This document shows positions 53,600 through 64,000 of a stretch of DNA of 64,000 nucleotides, piece by piece. Made by a program: the position numbers and the translations under genes. This DNA is from Saccharolobus solfataricus P2 (lineage in GTDB: Archaea > Thermoproteota > Thermoprotei_A > Sulfolobales > Sulfolobaceae): NCBI RefSeq assembly GCF_000007005.1, contig NC_002754.1; one strand, written 5' to 3'. The notes beneath the pieces are model-generated. The model was not told the DNA's origin. It was given only the letters and a program-made list of their open reading frames with translations, and searched no databases. Numbering within the stretch: the stretch's first letter is position 1; every line of letters begins with the position of its first letter.

Positions 53600-53609
53600 T
53601 CTTCTACAT

Positions 53610-54353
53610 GTGAAGATAGTAAGTTGGAACATTAATGGTTTACGTTCAGCTTTAAAGAAGAATCTAGTAAACTTCCTAGAAAGTAATACGTTCGATATTG
53701 TAATGTTTCAAGAGACTAGAGGTGATATAGTTCCGCTTGATTTCATTATGATGGGCTATGAAGTAATTTCATTTCCAGCAAGGAGAAAAGGTTACAGCGG
53801 GGTAATGACATTAACCAAAATAAAACCCATAAAAGTGATTAAAGGTCTTCAAATCAAGGAGTTTGACGATGAAGGGAGAACAGTTAGCTTAGAACTGAAA
53901 GACTTCTACCTTATTAACGCGTATTTTCCTAGAGCTGGAGATAACTTGGAAAGATTGGATTTTAAGCTAAAATTTAATAACGGGATCGAGAACTTCCTTC
54001 TTAAATTAAGAGAAGTTAAACCAGTAATACTTTGCGGAGATTTCAATATTGCACATCAAAGCATTGATGCGGCTTTTTCTGATCCAAAAATCCCAGGGCT
54101 CACACCACAAGAGAGAGCGTGGTTTACTCATCTTCTCTCTTTAGGTTTCATAGACACTTTTAGATATTTACACCCAAATGTTAGAAAATATAGCTGGTGG
54201 AGCTATATGGGAAATGCTAGAGAGAAGAATTTAGGACTAAGATTAGATTATTGTATTGTGTCAGAAGAGTTAAAAGATAGTATAAAAATGGCTGACATTC
54301 TGACAGATGTACAAGGCTCTGATCATGCACCAATTATCTTGGAATTAACATAA
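53610..54353 (+). CDS. xth: Exodeoxyribonuclease III / AP endonuclease
   Basis: SWNING, QE, GDFN, RLDY and SDHAP motifs. Confidence 0.95.
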   Translation: MKIVSWNINGLRSALKKNLVNFLESNTFDIVMFQETRGDIVPLDFIMMGYEVISFPARRKGYSGVMTLTKIKPIKVIKGLQIKEFDDEGRTVSLELKDFYLINAYFPRAGDNLERLDFKLKFNNGIENFLLKLREVKPVILCGDFNIAHQSIDAAFSDPKIPGLTPQERAWFTHLLSLGFIDTFRYLHPNVRKYSWWSYMGNAREKNLGLRLDYCIVSEELKDSIKMADILTDVQGSDHAPIILELT

Positions 54354-56009
54354 GTTATATTCTATAGTAGTATAGATTGCTCTAGCGTTAGTTCTTTGTA
54401 ATAACATATCATACAAAAGGTTATTTAACCATGATGGTATAGTATTTATTTTAGGTAATACAGCGTACTGCCTAGCCATTTTTAAATAATTCAGATAACT
54501 CCCTCTACCCATTTGAAAGTCTTCTATTGCCCTTTCAACTATTTCATAATACTCTTTAGGATATACATAACTATCGAATAGAAGCTTATAAGCTGTAGCG
54601 CCTAAAGCAAATATATCCATACTAGGTAATGCTCCTTTATTCTTTAGCATGGCTGCTTCTATTTGATCTATAGGGCAGTAAAATTCTGTAAATTCCCTAA
54701 CATCTTCGCCAATTTTTCTAGCCGATCCTAAATCTCCTAATTTTACTGTTACTTTACCACTGGTTAAATTACTAAGAATTTCTTTCTCTTCATTGCCTGG
54801 GGATCTGTTGAAATAGATATTTTGTGGTTTTACATCTAAATGAACATAGCCAGAGGAGTGAATGACATCTAAAGCCTTTGCTACATCCCTAATTAGTACT
54901 CCTACAATTCTATACCAATTTTTACTTCTCTTAGCGTTTAAAAGTTGTAGAGCATTACCACCCTCCATTAGTTCCATTACTATATAAGGTGGTTTAGCGA
55001 GGTAGAGATAACTCTCTCCCTTCTCAATTTTTATTATATTATTAATATCTATCTCACTTATTGCAAATAATTGTACAACATTTTTAGTCTTGCTTCCGAC
55101 CTCTTGTAAATTAATAAATTCCTTACTAAGATCCAGTATTATATTATTAGTACTAATCCTAGTCTGTCCTGGTGCGCTCTTATTAATCTTCGGTATCTTC
55201 ATCGCATAGAACATATTTCCCTTTCGAACTTTTAGAATATAAGAGCTCCCACCTATAGCTATTAAATCAACAACTTCGTAGTCACCTATTTTATTTCCTA
55301 TCCATAACTTTGGATCCCAATTATTGATATCTGGTAATCTGCTACTTTTCGTGAAGTAAATTTCTAGTAAATTACTACTTATAATCCCATAAGTCGGTTT
55401 TGGTAGATATATATTATATCCCTCTAAAACATTACCAACATAAAAGCTAGGATTTTTCTTCCGAACTTTTACTTTTACTTGAGAACTAGTGAAAGTGTAA
55501 TTTTTCCCATCAATATTTATGTTCCACTTCAAGTTATCCGGTAAGCCATAGATTTTTATCCTTATCGTTCTTGAACCCGTTCTCCACGCTAATAATTGTA
55601 CTATATTACCTATTTCGTAAAATCCTATTAAAATCCAAATCATTATAGATTCTTGGATTAATTCGGCTATGAAGAAATTATATGTATATAATACGACGTA
55701 AGATATTGATAATAGAACAGTTATAATCCCGTATTTCCTTACCGTCTTGCATTTGAAAGCCTTATAAAGAAATATTGAAGCCAATAAATAGGATATTGCG
55801 GAAAGTGATAATAAAGGGGGTAATAAGAAAGGCGAGTATAAAGTAAATGTATAAAGTATCCCAGCTAATGTGGAATATCCAATTGAGGAGAGTGAGCCTA
55901 AGGCTATTCCATACATTACATAACCAATAAAAGGAATTACTGTTGACACAAATACGCTATTTCTAGCAAGGGCTATCCTCACTTTATCATCTTTTATGCC
56001 TCGTCCCAT
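54345..56009 (-). CDS. Membrane-bound Hanks-type Ser/Thr kinase
   Basis: N-terminal TM helices; [20 protein letters not shown] and DIFALG motifs. Confidence 0.93.
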   Translation of the reverse strand: MGRGIKDDKVRIALARNSVFVSTVIPFIGYVMYGIALGSLSSIGYSTLAGILYTFTLYSPFLLPPLLSLSAISYLLASIFLYKAFKCKTVRKYGIITVLLSISYVVLYTYNFFIAELIQESIMIWILIGFYEIGNIVQLLAWRTGSRTIRIKIYGLPDNLKWNINIDGKNYTFTSSQVKVKVRKKNPSFYVGNVLEGYNIYLPKPTYGIISSNLLEIYFTKSSRLPDINNWDPKLWIGNKIGDYEVVDLIAIGGSSYILKVRKGNMFYAMKIPKINKSAPGQTRISTNNIILDLSKEFINLQEVGSKTKNVVQLFAISEIDINNIIKIEKGESYLYLAKPPYIVMELMEGGNALQLLNAKRSKNWYRIVGVLIRDVAKALDVIHSSGYVHLDVKPQNIYFNRSPGNEEKEILSNLTSGKVTVKLGDLGSARKIGEDVREFTEFYCPIDQIEAAMLKNKGALPSMDIFALGATAYKLLFDSYVYPKEYYEIVERAIEDFQMGRGSYLNYLKMARQYAVLPKINTIPSWLNNLLYDMLLQRTNARAIYTTIEYNLC

Positions 56010-56239
56010 TGCTATCGTATACGAATTACAATTTAAAAATTTCTATTATGAACTTTGAGTAGATTATCATTAACCATTTATTCAGTTAAAATATGCTAGT
56101 ATATACTAGTACTAGCACATCGTTGTTACTATGATCGATAGGTTAGATTTATTTAACTAAGTAAAAACATGTCGGAGATCTCTCCTTTAAATTTTTGTGT
56201 CTAAGTAAATTTTATTAATCTAAAGTTTAGAGTGTCAAT

Positions 56240-57778
56240 ATGGAAAGAAAGCAAGTATTTGTTAGGGAAACTTCTGGTCTTATAAAGCACGTGTCCCTTA
56301 CAGATGCAGTTATGCTCAATATAGCTAATATGTCAATAGGTATAGCACTATTTCAATCTATATCACCTTACATAACGCGAGGAGGAGTACTATGGATAGC
56401 GTCATTAATAGGACTGTTCTTAGCTTTACCTCAAGCATTAGTTTATACAATATTCAATAGAAAGATTGGTAGAACTGGTGGAGATTATGTTTGGATTTCA
56501 AGGAATTTGGATGGGGCAATTGGTACTATTTTCGCAGTAGCATATCTCTTGGAGTCCACAGCGTTTTATGCTATTATCTCATTCTTCTCAGCATCATCAG
56601 TCAATTCTGTCTTACTGACTATTGGTTATCTTAATCATCAAAATTCGTTAATTTACATTGCAGAAAATGTAATCGTCAATCCTTATGCTACTCCAACATT
56701 TCAACAAAGACTAATATTTTACGGAATCTCAGCGTTTGCTTTTGCAATAATAGTACTTATAAATATTCTACATTCTAAATGGGGATATAAGTTAGTGACA
56801 GGTTTAGGAATGTTCTCAATGCTTACCGTAATACTAGCTATGATAGTAATGGCGATCAACGCTAAGCGTTTTGATTCCTTAGTCTTGCCTTTACTGAAAG
56901 ACTTTAATGTGACCGTATCTTCAAATCTACCTAAAACGATTTTACCCTATTCAATATCAATTCCAGCTACACTCTTTCTTTTACCATTATTTGCTCTTTA
57001 TACGTATCCTTGGATGAATGCCGGTCCTGCTGTATCTTCAGAGTATAGGGGAGATCGCGTATCAAAACTCAATGTGTTTCTCTCACTCCTAATTACCGGA
57101 ATTTTCGTAACAATAGGATTCTTAGAGATGGATCTTATTGCTGGGTATTACTTTAATCTAAACGCCTTTCCATCCGCAATTTACAACTTCTGGACAGTAG
57201 CTATGGCGTTATCCTTAAATCCGATAATAGAATGGATATTGGGGCTGGGGCTGATAATGTGGAATTACTACGTCTTATCATATGGCGTTTTAGTATTTTC
57301 AAGATACGTATTTGCCTTATCATTTGATAGAGTGTTCCCAGAGAAATTCTCACAACTGAACGCAAATGGATCGCCAGTTTACGCTCACGTTTTCGATTTG
57401 ACCTTAACGTTATTATTCCTCTTAATTCCAGTATTTTCAATAGATGCGGCTGTATCATTGTATGGCGCTTCAATAGTTGGGATGCTATATTTCTTAGCAG
57501 TGGGTATTTCAGCAATCATATTCGGACGAAAAATCAGAAGCGGGCTGATGAAGATTGCGGGGATTTTAATGACAGTCTATTTCGTGTATCTGACCTATGA
57601 AGCTGCAAGAAATCCTCTATTTGGTTTTTCAACAACATCTGGCGTAAACGTTACAACTTTATCATTTGTTCTAGGTTCTTTTATTGCAGGTATAGTAATA
57701 TGGAATATCACAAGGTATGTGAATTCAAAGAAAGGAATAGATCTATCTTTAACTTTTAAGGAGATCCCCCCAGAGTAA
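56240..57778 (+). CDS. APC-family amino acid permease
   Basis: FVRETSGL, TGGDYVWISR and SFDRVFP motifs; about 12 TM helices. Confidence 0.9.
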   Translation: MERKQVFVRETSGLIKHVSLTDAVMLNIANMSIGIALFQSISPYITRGGVLWIASLIGLFLALPQALVYTIFNRKIGRTGGDYVWISRNLDGAIGTIFAVAYLLESTAFYAIISFFSASSVNSVLLTIGYLNHQNSLIYIAENVIVNPYATPTFQQRLIFYGISAFAFAIIVLINILHSKWGYKLVTGLGMFSMLTVILAMIVMAINAKRFDSLVLPLLKDFNVTVSSNLPKTILPYSISIPATLFLLPLFALYTYPWMNAGPAVSSEYRGDRVSKLNVFLSLLITGIFVTIGFLEMDLIAGYYFNLNAFPSAIYNFWTVAMALSLNPIIEWILGLGLIMWNYYVLSYGVLVFSRYVFALSFDRVFPEKFSQLNANGSPVYAHVFDLTLTLLFLLIPVFSIDAAVSLYGASIVGMLYFLAVGISAIIFGRKIRSGLMKIAGILMTVYFVYLTYEAARNPLFGFSTTSGVNVTTLSFVLGSFIAGIVIWNITRYVNSKKGIDLSLTFKEIPPE

Positions 57779-58255
57779 GTCGAAGATCCTTTCAGCAAAT
57801 TTTATCAATTTCTCAGTGTCCTTTTCATTAAGCTCTAAGGGTATTGAATATCCTAATCTAATTTTAATGTCATCTAACAAGCTTATGATATCCCTCTCCT
57901 TAATTCTAATTTCGGCAATTCTATCATCATTTGAGTATCTTGATATTACTCTAAAAAGCCCATCAAAATCAAGGTACCAAGGTATGTCGGCCCCTATTCT
58001 TATTAATGTTGCATTCAATAGTAAGTATAGGGACTCTACGGCAGCTATTGCCGCGATTTCATAAAAACCAGAATTAAAATTGAATTTTGAGGCACGTAAA
58101 AGTTCATTAGCCCTTTGGAATAATGGTTCTAAGTTCACAATTCTAATGATAAAATTACTCTTTTTAATTTTCTTTACACTCACTAGTGCTTTCAGAAAGT
58201 TTATAGCTTTAGGCAAAGGATATACCACTAGATCATAGTCTAAGAACTTTTCCAA
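57749..58255 (-). CDS. HEPN-domain protein, probably degenerate
   Basis: RANELLRAS...GFYEIAA...LLLNATL...P pattern; canonical tH and RY residues absent; TTG start next to a MITE. Confidence 0.6.
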   Translation of the reverse strand: MEKFLDYDLVVYPLPKAINFLKALVSVKKIKKSNFIIRIVNLEPLFQRANELLRASKFNFNSGFYEIAAIAAVESLYLLLNATLIRIGADIPWYLDFDGLFRVISRYSNDDRIAEIRIKERDIISLLDDIKIRLGYSIPLELNEKDTEKLIKFAERIFDLLWGDLLKS

Positions 58256-58262
58256 AATACTA

Positions 58263-58385
58263 ACGTTGTGGGTCGGTCCAAGAGCGTTGAGGTCAAGGGT
58301 TAGGGTAATAAACGTAAGAAAATATTTATTCTCTATTACTTTATGATATAATTCTATTGAAAATTATTGAAGTGACCCACAAAGC
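58263..58385. mobile_element. MITE-like element (~123 bp) with GCTTTGTGG-type end
   Basis: Inverted repeat TTGTGGGTC (58266-58274)/GACCCACAA (58374-58382); the right end reads GCTTTGTGGG on the minus strand, like the SM3-type ends. No clear target duplication. Confidence 0.5.
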
Positions 58386-58399
58386 ATTACACTCAATCC

Positions 58400-58804
58400 C
58401 TACTTTATTGACAGCTTATCCATAATTTCCTTGGGCATCTCAGTGGATTTCCATATTTTTGGGTTAATTGCTATCTGTATTACATACCCTTCAGTAGTTA
58501 GTTCTCCATCTTTTAAAACCTTGAACTCGAACTTAATCGTCTTATTGGACAAGATTTTTGGGTTTAATAAAACTGTAAGCTTATCACCTAACTTGACTGG
58601 TCTATGGTATATAGCGTGTGACTCCGCTATGACAAACCACAAGTTCTCATTAACTATAGGATATGGAATTCCGACCTTTTCCTTAATAAATTTTTCTATA
58701 GTATTAGTGAAGAATCTATAATATGCAGCGTAGTGTGCAATGCCTTGAGCGTCAGTATCGTATATTCTAACTACATCTTCAAAAACGTACTCTATGTTCT
58801 CCAT
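58400..58804 (-). CDS. 4-hydroxybenzoyl-CoA thioesterase family (hot-dog fold)
   Basis: VRIYDTDAQGIAHYAAY motif. Confidence 0.92.
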   Translation of the reverse strand: MENIEYVFEDVVRIYDTDAQGIAHYAAYYRFFTNTIEKFIKEKVGIPYPIVNENLWFVIAESHAIYHRPVKLGDKLTVLLNPKILSNKTIKFEFKVLKDGELTTEGYVIQIAINPKIWKSTEMPKEIMDKLSIK

Positions 58805-58863
58805 AATTTATGCGTTAGCTATCATTGATTTTATCTTTTTTCCTTTTAACGTAGATTGTTTGC

Positions 58864-59547
58864 CTAGAATTTAGGAAATATTACCATCATTGTGAGATCA
58901 CTGAAGTCATTTTTCTCATTCATTAACGATACTAAGTTATCATAGACTCTTCTTTTTTCATCATCGTAACTAAGTTTCTCAAAGACAACTATCCTACAGT
59001 TTAAGTTATTATCATAAAGGAATTTAGCTACCTTTTGTGGCCCATCTTTATGAGGTTCTGGTATTACTATAGCCACACGGCCCATCCTCAATATGTTAAG
59101 AATATCATTCAGAAATTTCGATATATCTCCCCTTACATGTAGCGTTACAAAGCCGATAAAATTTATGTCAAGACCTAATCTAGAAAGTGCAATATTTAGG
59201 GAGGATACTCCAGAGATTATATTTACCTTAACACCTTTACTTGCAGCAATGTTCTTTATTTTTTCCACGAATTGCCAGTCGGATACTGAAGGATCCCCAT
59301 GATCAAGTATTGCCACATTTTCAGTTTTCCCGATTTCAATAACCTCTTCTAGCGTTTCACTCTCATTTTTATAGGTTAATACTACTGTTCTTTTACCTTC
59401 CAATATTGGTGAAAATCTTTCTAAGACTGATTTCCATCCAGCTACTACTACACTATCCCTTATTGCCTTATATCCCTTTAATGTAAGATATTCCGGGTCT
59501 CCAGGACCTACCCCGACAATGTAAACTGTAATTTTACTCACCCTCAT
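58864..59547 (-). CDS. cbiE: Cobalt-precorrin-7 C5-methyltransferase
   Basis: GVGPGDPEY, GDP, GVSS, TLHVRG and EKLSY motifs. Confidence 0.85.
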   Translation of the reverse strand: MRVSKITVYIVGVGPGDPEYLTLKGYKAIRDSVVVAGWKSVLERFSPILEGKRTVVLTYKNESETLEEVIEIGKTENVAILDHGDPSVSDWQFVEKIKNIAASKGVKVNIISGVSSLNIALSRLGLDINFIGFVTLHVRGDISKFLNDILNILRMGRVAIVIPEPHKDGPQKVAKFLYDNNLNCRIVVFEKLSYDDEKRRVYDNLVSLMNEKNDFSDLTMMVIFPKF

Positions 59548-60523
59548 AAGTTGCTACTGCAATAGTAGAATTCCTACTTATAGCTATTTTTCTCAATATT
59601 AATTTTGAATTTCTTCCACCAGCTATTAATGCGGAAATTTCAGCAACCCCTTTCAAACCAACTTCGATTAGGGTTTTACTTGGAGGTGTAAGACAAGGAT
59701 TCATAAAGTTGTTTATCTCTTCCTCATTTACTAATCTAAATCTAACATTAAATTCGTCAGCGATTTTCTTAACCTCTTCTCGAATAGACGCAATTATCCC
59801 AATCCTTTCTCTTTTAAGGTTGAGCCTTTCTAAAACCTTGTATATTCCATCTCTTATCTCTTCCATTTTTACATCTTTTTTAGAGCCTATCCCTATCGAT
59901 ATCTTCAGCGGCTTTAGCCATACTACGATCTTATCCTTATACTCTTTATCACCTCTTAACGATATAATGTAACTACATTCCTCACTATTTACCTTTATAT
60001 TTTCAGGGAAATTAACGTTAACATCGATACCATCTATACAAATACTCTCATCTCTTAATAGGGCTGCATTTATCTTTACAATATTTTCAGGATTTATTAT
60101 TTTAGCTATTAGGATATTGGCTATTCTCTCGATACTTAACTTGCCTTTTATCTCAGCAGCTGTAGTTATTATTGGTGTAGAGTTTAAAATTACAGATAAT
60201 TCTCTTGCAATATCATTGGCACCCCAATGACCACCTAGAAGGGGTATAACGTAGTTTATCTTATCGTCTATGCATACTATTGCAGGATCCTCAGTCTTAG
60301 ACTTCGCATATTTGCAAACAATCCTCGTAGCTCCTTCTAGGGCCATTACAAATACGATTGCATCATAACATTTCCATATTGTTTCAATTTCTGCATCTTT
60401 ATACCTGTAATGGACTACGGGTATTTCGAAACTTTTCAACTTCTCCTTAATAGTTTCGCCTGCGCTAAAAGCGTCTTCAGAGGCAGATATTATGCAAATT
60501 CCTCGCCATAAGTTTTCTATCAT
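59534..60523 (-). CDS. cbiG: Cobalt-precorrin-5A hydrolase
   Basis: KTEDPAIVCID, LLGGHWGAN, ITTA and GVAE motifs. Confidence 0.92.
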   Translation of the reverse strand: MIENLWRGICIISASEDAFSAGETIKEKLKSFEIPVVHYRYKDAEIETIWKCYDAIVFVMALEGATRIVCKYAKSKTEDPAIVCIDDKINYVIPLLGGHWGANDIARELSVILNSTPIITTAAEIKGKLSIERIANILIAKIINPENIVKINAALLRDESICIDGIDVNVNFPENIKVNSEECSYIISLRGDKEYKDKIVVWLKPLKISIGIGSKKDVKMEEIRDGIYKVLERLNLKRERIGIIASIREEVKKIADEFNVRFRLVNEEEINNFMNPCLTPPSKTLIEVGLKGVAEISALIAGGRNSKLILRKIAISRNSTIAVATYEGE

Positions 60524-60525
60524 TG

Positions 60526-61314
60526 TTAGTCTTCCTCCACTTTCCAAGGCCTATACGAGTGATTATGTTTGGGATCGTATACACTAGATCTTACCATATT
60601 CTTGATCTGTTGGGGATCTGCTGAAAGTCCTACTATTATTACTGAATCCCTATATATCTTAGCTTCTCTAACCTTACTTACGATATCAGCCAAAGTTCCT
60701 TTGATTATCTTTTGCTCCGGCCAAGTAGCACGATAGACCACTATTACTGGAGTATCGTCAGTCAATCCTCCCTCCTTTAGATCATTAACAACTCTGTCAA
60801 TGATATGTATTCCAGTATATATTACCATAGTAGCTCCAATCTTTACCATTTTGGCGAAATCCTTTATGGAACCTTGCATTGGGACTCTTAGTGAAGCCCT
60901 TGTTATAATGACAGTTTGGGAAAGCTTAGGGACTGTTAACTCAATCGGTATTACAGAAGCTGCGGCAATAGCTGCAGTGATACCCGGTATAACTTCAAAT
61001 GGAATCCCCGCAGCCTCCAATGCCCACATCTCTTCAAATAATGCTCCGTATATTGATGAATCTCCAGATTTGAGCCTAGCAACCAGTTTTCCTTCACTTG
61101 CCTTCTTCACCATTATTTCCACTATCTCATTTAAAGTAAGTGATGAACTATTGTATACTTCAGCGTCCTTACGAGACCACTTTAATATTTCTGGATTTAC
61201 AAGGGAACCCGCATAGACTATTACGTCAGCTGTTTCTATATACTTCTTCGCTTTTATCGTAATTAGCTCTGGATCTCCTGGACCAGACCCTATGAAAACC
61301 ACTTTTCCTATCAT
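60526..61314 (-). CDS. cbiF: Cobalt-precorrin-4 C11-methyltransferase
   Basis: GSGPGDPELIT, YAGSLV, RLKSGD and RATWP motifs. Confidence 0.93.
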   Translation of the reverse strand: MIGKVVFIGSGPGDPELITIKAKKYIETADVIVYAGSLVNPEILKWSRKDAEVYNSSSLTLNEIVEIMVKKASEGKLVARLKSGDSSIYGALFEEMWALEAAGIPFEVIPGITAAIAAASVIPIELTVPKLSQTVIITRASLRVPMQGSIKDFAKMVKIGATMVIYTGIHIIDRVVNDLKEGGLTDDTPVIVVYRATWPEQKIIKGTLADIVSKVREAKIYRDSVIIVGLSADPQQIKNMVRSSVYDPKHNHSYRPWKVEED

Positions 61315-61320
61315 TTATAA

Positions 61321-61989
61321 TCACCTTTTCTTTCTCAAAGCTATTATCATCGAAAAGTAATCCTTATCATTAATAATCTCCCTTTCCATATTAACTAATT
61401 TTTCATCACTCATGAAACATCTTCTAGCATAAATTAAGTCGTATTTTTTGGAAAGTATGTCAGCTATTTCCTTAATGTTCTCATTAGCCTTAAGTACTAT
61501 TATAGTCTCAAACACTTCGCTAGCTTTGGCAATAGTGTCCAGTCTTGAAGCTGGTATTATACTTATAGAATCCTCAGAATTCGCTAAAGATATCATGGCT
61601 TTTGAAGCACAAGCTGTTATGGAAGAAACGCCTGGGACTATTTCCACGTCAATACTACACGGTAATTTATTCTTTATTCTGAAAAAGGTGCTATATAATG
61701 TTGGATCGCCTAATGTGACGAACGCAGAATCGCCTTCACTTTCACTACAGATCTTCTCTCCTAGCTTTTTTAACTCATTCTCACTAACGTCCTTTGCCAT
61801 AGGGAAACCTAATAGGACTAGCTTTGAATTGTTGTCAGCGTATTTCTTAACTATGTTCTCCGCTAAACTTCTATTGGTTCCAGTAGAATAAGGGATGAAA
61901 ATAGTTCTAACCTCCTTAAGAATTTTCGCTCCTCTTAAAGTTATTAACTCGTCATCTCCTGGTCCTAAACCAACCACGTAAAGTTTCAT
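61321..61989 (-). CDS. cbiL: Cobalt-precorrin-2 C20-methyltransferase
   Basis: GLGPGDDELIT, LGDPTLYST and DYFS motifs. Confidence 0.9.
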   Translation of the reverse strand: MKLYVVGLGPGDDELITLRGAKILKEVRTIFIPYSTGTNRSLAENIVKKYADNNSKLVLLGFPMAKDVSENELKKLGEKICSESEGDSAFVTLGDPTLYSTFFRIKNKLPCSIDVEIVPGVSSITACASKAMISLANSEDSISIIPASRLDTIAKASEVFETIIVLKANENIKEIADILSKKYDLIYARRCFMSDEKLVNMEREIINDKDYFSMIIALRKKR

Positions 61990-62585
61990 GGCTTTTCACC
62001 AGAAATTATAAATATCGGATTTCTCGCCATCATTGCGGTGCCCACTTTGGTTTTCATACCTTTTGCGATTATCACCTCGGTTATTTCTAAATTCACGAAT
62101 CCAATTTTTTCCATCGCTGATAAGGCATTATTCACAGTTTCCAATAGTATAGCATCAATAACTATTCTTCCACCCTTATTTATTATTTCCCAAGAGGCTG
62201 ATATTATTTCCTTAATTTTTTCCGATCCGCCTCCAATGAAAATCCTATCAAATTTCTCATTAATCGTGGACAATATCGCTGGTGCCTCACCCTTAATGAG
62301 CACTATATTGTTTAAAACTCCAAACTTTTCAGCATTTCTTCTTGTCAAGTTAATAGCCTTTTCCTCCTTATCTATACCGTAAACTCTACCACTGTTTCCA
62401 ACCAATAATGAAGCCTCTACAGTAATGCTACCTGTACCACATCCAATATCTAATACCTTATCACCTTTTTTTATCCTTAATTTGGATAAAGCCAAAGCCC
62501 TTATCTCCTCTTTAGTCATTGGTATTTCTTCATCTCTTTCAAAGAGGTTATCTGGAATTCCAGGTATAACGTAATTCCATTCCAT
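61986..62585 (-). CDS. cbiT: Cobalt-precorrin-6B C15-methyltransferase (decarboxylating)
   Basis: PMTKEEIR, DIGCGTGS, FIGG and NPIFI motifs. Confidence 0.93.
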   Translation of the reverse strand: MEWNYVIPGIPDNLFERDEEIPMTKEEIRALALSKLRIKKGDKVLDIGCGTGSITVEASLLVGNSGRVYGIDKEEKAINLTRRNAEKFGVLNNIVLIKGEAPAILSTINEKFDRIFIGGGSEKIKEIISASWEIINKGGRIVIDAILLETVNNALSAMEKIGFVNLEITEVIIAKGMKTKVGTAMMARNPIFIISGEKP

Positions 62586-63635
62586 TTAACATCCCACCCT
62601 ACTCAAAGACTCACCGTCATAATCGAAGATAATTACGCAGAAGTTTATATTGTCATTAAAACTTTTTATCCTACTCAATATTTTCTCCGCTACAATGTTC
62701 ATAACTTTTCTCCTTTGTTCTTTTGTCATATACGTAAAAGCTTCCTCAACTGACAAAGCATTTGATATTTTAGTTAGAGTACCGTAAGGAAGTCCTGCTA
62801 AAACTGAGGCATGAGTTAGCGATTCCAGTCTAGCATCACCTTGTGAATAATGAGTATTAAAAATCCCCGCATACACTTTAAGAAGCTTTGCAGGCAATCC
62901 AGCCAATATTACCTTCTTAAAAAGATTACTCGCTAACTTTATTGAATCCCCTATCCTATCTCCTACTTTTATGATACAGTTACTATCAAATAGCTCTGCT
63001 GCATACTTCGCAGCAGAATTCCCAGGCGCAATTACTACATAGTCGTAAGACTGCCTAATTACGTTAAGCTCACATCTAATGTGTTCTAAGTAATCATCAT
63101 CACTAACTGGTGTCTCAATACCAGTCGTACCGAGTATGGAAATCCCACCGACTATTCCGACCATTTTGTTTAATGTCTTTTCAGCAATGGTCTCTCCATT
63201 TGGCACTTCGATCGTTATTTGTATTCCCTTATCTGTAACTTCCCTTATTGCGTTGATTATCATTTCTCTTACAGTAGGACTTATTGCCATCTCACCCATA
63301 GTTGCTTTTAACCCACTTCTAGTAACTTTACCAACTCCCCTTTCTCCAATTATTACAATTTCATTATTCTCATTCAATTTAGCACAGCACCTTATTACTA
63401 ATCCATCTAATATATCCGGATTATCTCCGGAAAATTTCTTAACCTCAGCGCACGATATTTCACTATCTATCTCAACTTTTTCCACGGGAATTTCCAGTCT
63501 CAATCCTATGGGTGTTGGTATTACTACTGTACTTCTTTTCTCCTTATTAAGTAGACCTATAACTGCTGCCTTTGCGGCTGCAGAGGCTGCCGCTCCAGTG
63601 GTTATTCCAAATCTCTTCAAAGAGTTTATTATCAT
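62586..63635 (-). CDS. cbiD: Cobalt-precorrin-5B C1-methyltransferase
   Basis: [24 protein letters not shown] and KLLK...HYSQ motifs. Confidence 0.95.
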   Translation of the reverse strand: MIINSLKRFGITTGAAASAAAKAAVIGLLNKEKRSTVVIPTPIGLRLEIPVEKVEIDSEISCAEVKKFSGDNPDILDGLVIRCCAKLNENNEIVIIGERGVGKVTRSGLKATMGEMAISPTVREMIINAIREVTDKGIQITIEVPNGETIAEKTLNKMVGIVGGISILGTTGIETPVSDDDYLEHIRCELNVIRQSYDYVVIAPGNSAAKYAAELFDSNCIIKVGDRIGDSIKLASNLFKKVILAGLPAKLLKVYAGIFNTHYSQGDARLESLTHASVLAGLPYGTLTKISNALSVEEAFTYMTKEQRRKVMNIVAEKILSRIKSFNDNINFCVIIFDYDGESLSRVGC

Positions 63636-64000
63636 AGCTCATATTTCCTCTCGTAACCTCTTGGTGTTATCATGTAATTTTTATATCTATATGTCAATGA
63701 GTTTCCTATTATCATTGTAGTACTCATACTTATTTCATTCATATATTCTTTCCATGACGATAAAGTCGTAATTATTATGTTCTCATTATTCCTATACGCG
63801 CTCTTGACTAGTCCCACTGGGGTATTTGGCTTTCTATGTTTTGAAATTATATCCATAACCTCTATTAGTAAATTCTCATTAATTAAATTATAAAATACTA
63901 TTACAAAGTCAGCTTCAGCAGCCTTAGTTACTTTATGTAAAATCTCCTCTCGTGGGATTAGTAAATCGCTTAAGCTTATTACTACAAAGTCAAGAGAAAG
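63632..64000 (-). CDS. cbiH: Cobalt-precorrin-3B C17-methyltransferase (5' part outside window)
   Basis: Frame open from 64000: ISLSDLLIP...[12 protein letters not shown]...TPVG...MITPRGY. Confidence 0.9.
   Translation of the reverse strand, partial: LSLDFVVISLSDLLIPREEILHKVTKAAEADFVIVFYNLINENLLIEVMDIISKHRKPNTPVGLVKSAYRNNENIIITTLSSWKEYMNEISMSTTMIIGNSLTYRYKNYMITPRGYERKYEL

Overview
AT-rich Sulfolobales chromosome segment; the proteins look like Saccharolobus solfataricus (recognised from memory, not searched). It is mostly core genome: nep1 (cut by the window edge), thioredoxin, DTD2, an SMC-like coalescin-type ATPase, nucleoside hydrolase, Fur, the herA-mre11-rad50-nurA operon, nnr/bcp/ppcA, sqr, the methylmalonyl-CoA mutase small subunit with meaB, DtxR, UDG, an OLD-like ATPase, cysS, PGI/PMI, a second nurA-herA pair, ExoIII, a membrane Ser/Thr kinase and an anaerobic cobalamin (cbi) operon running off the right edge. 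Mobile DNA is limited to decayed IS6-type and ISC1173-type relics and SM3/SM4-like MITEs. The most striking signal lies outside the ORF track: five guide-RNA modules. Three are box C/D sRNAs. One is a K-turn H/ACA-type hairpin whose pocket brackets U8-U9 at the 5' end of 16S rRNA, with extra U3-like pairing. One is a canonical H/ACA hairpin whose ACA box shares its last nucleotide with box C of a downstream C/D sRNA, which suggests a composite H/ACA-C/D RNA. All rRNA target assignments use rRNA sequence recalled from memory and need verification. No CRISPR array, tRNA or rRNA gene was found.
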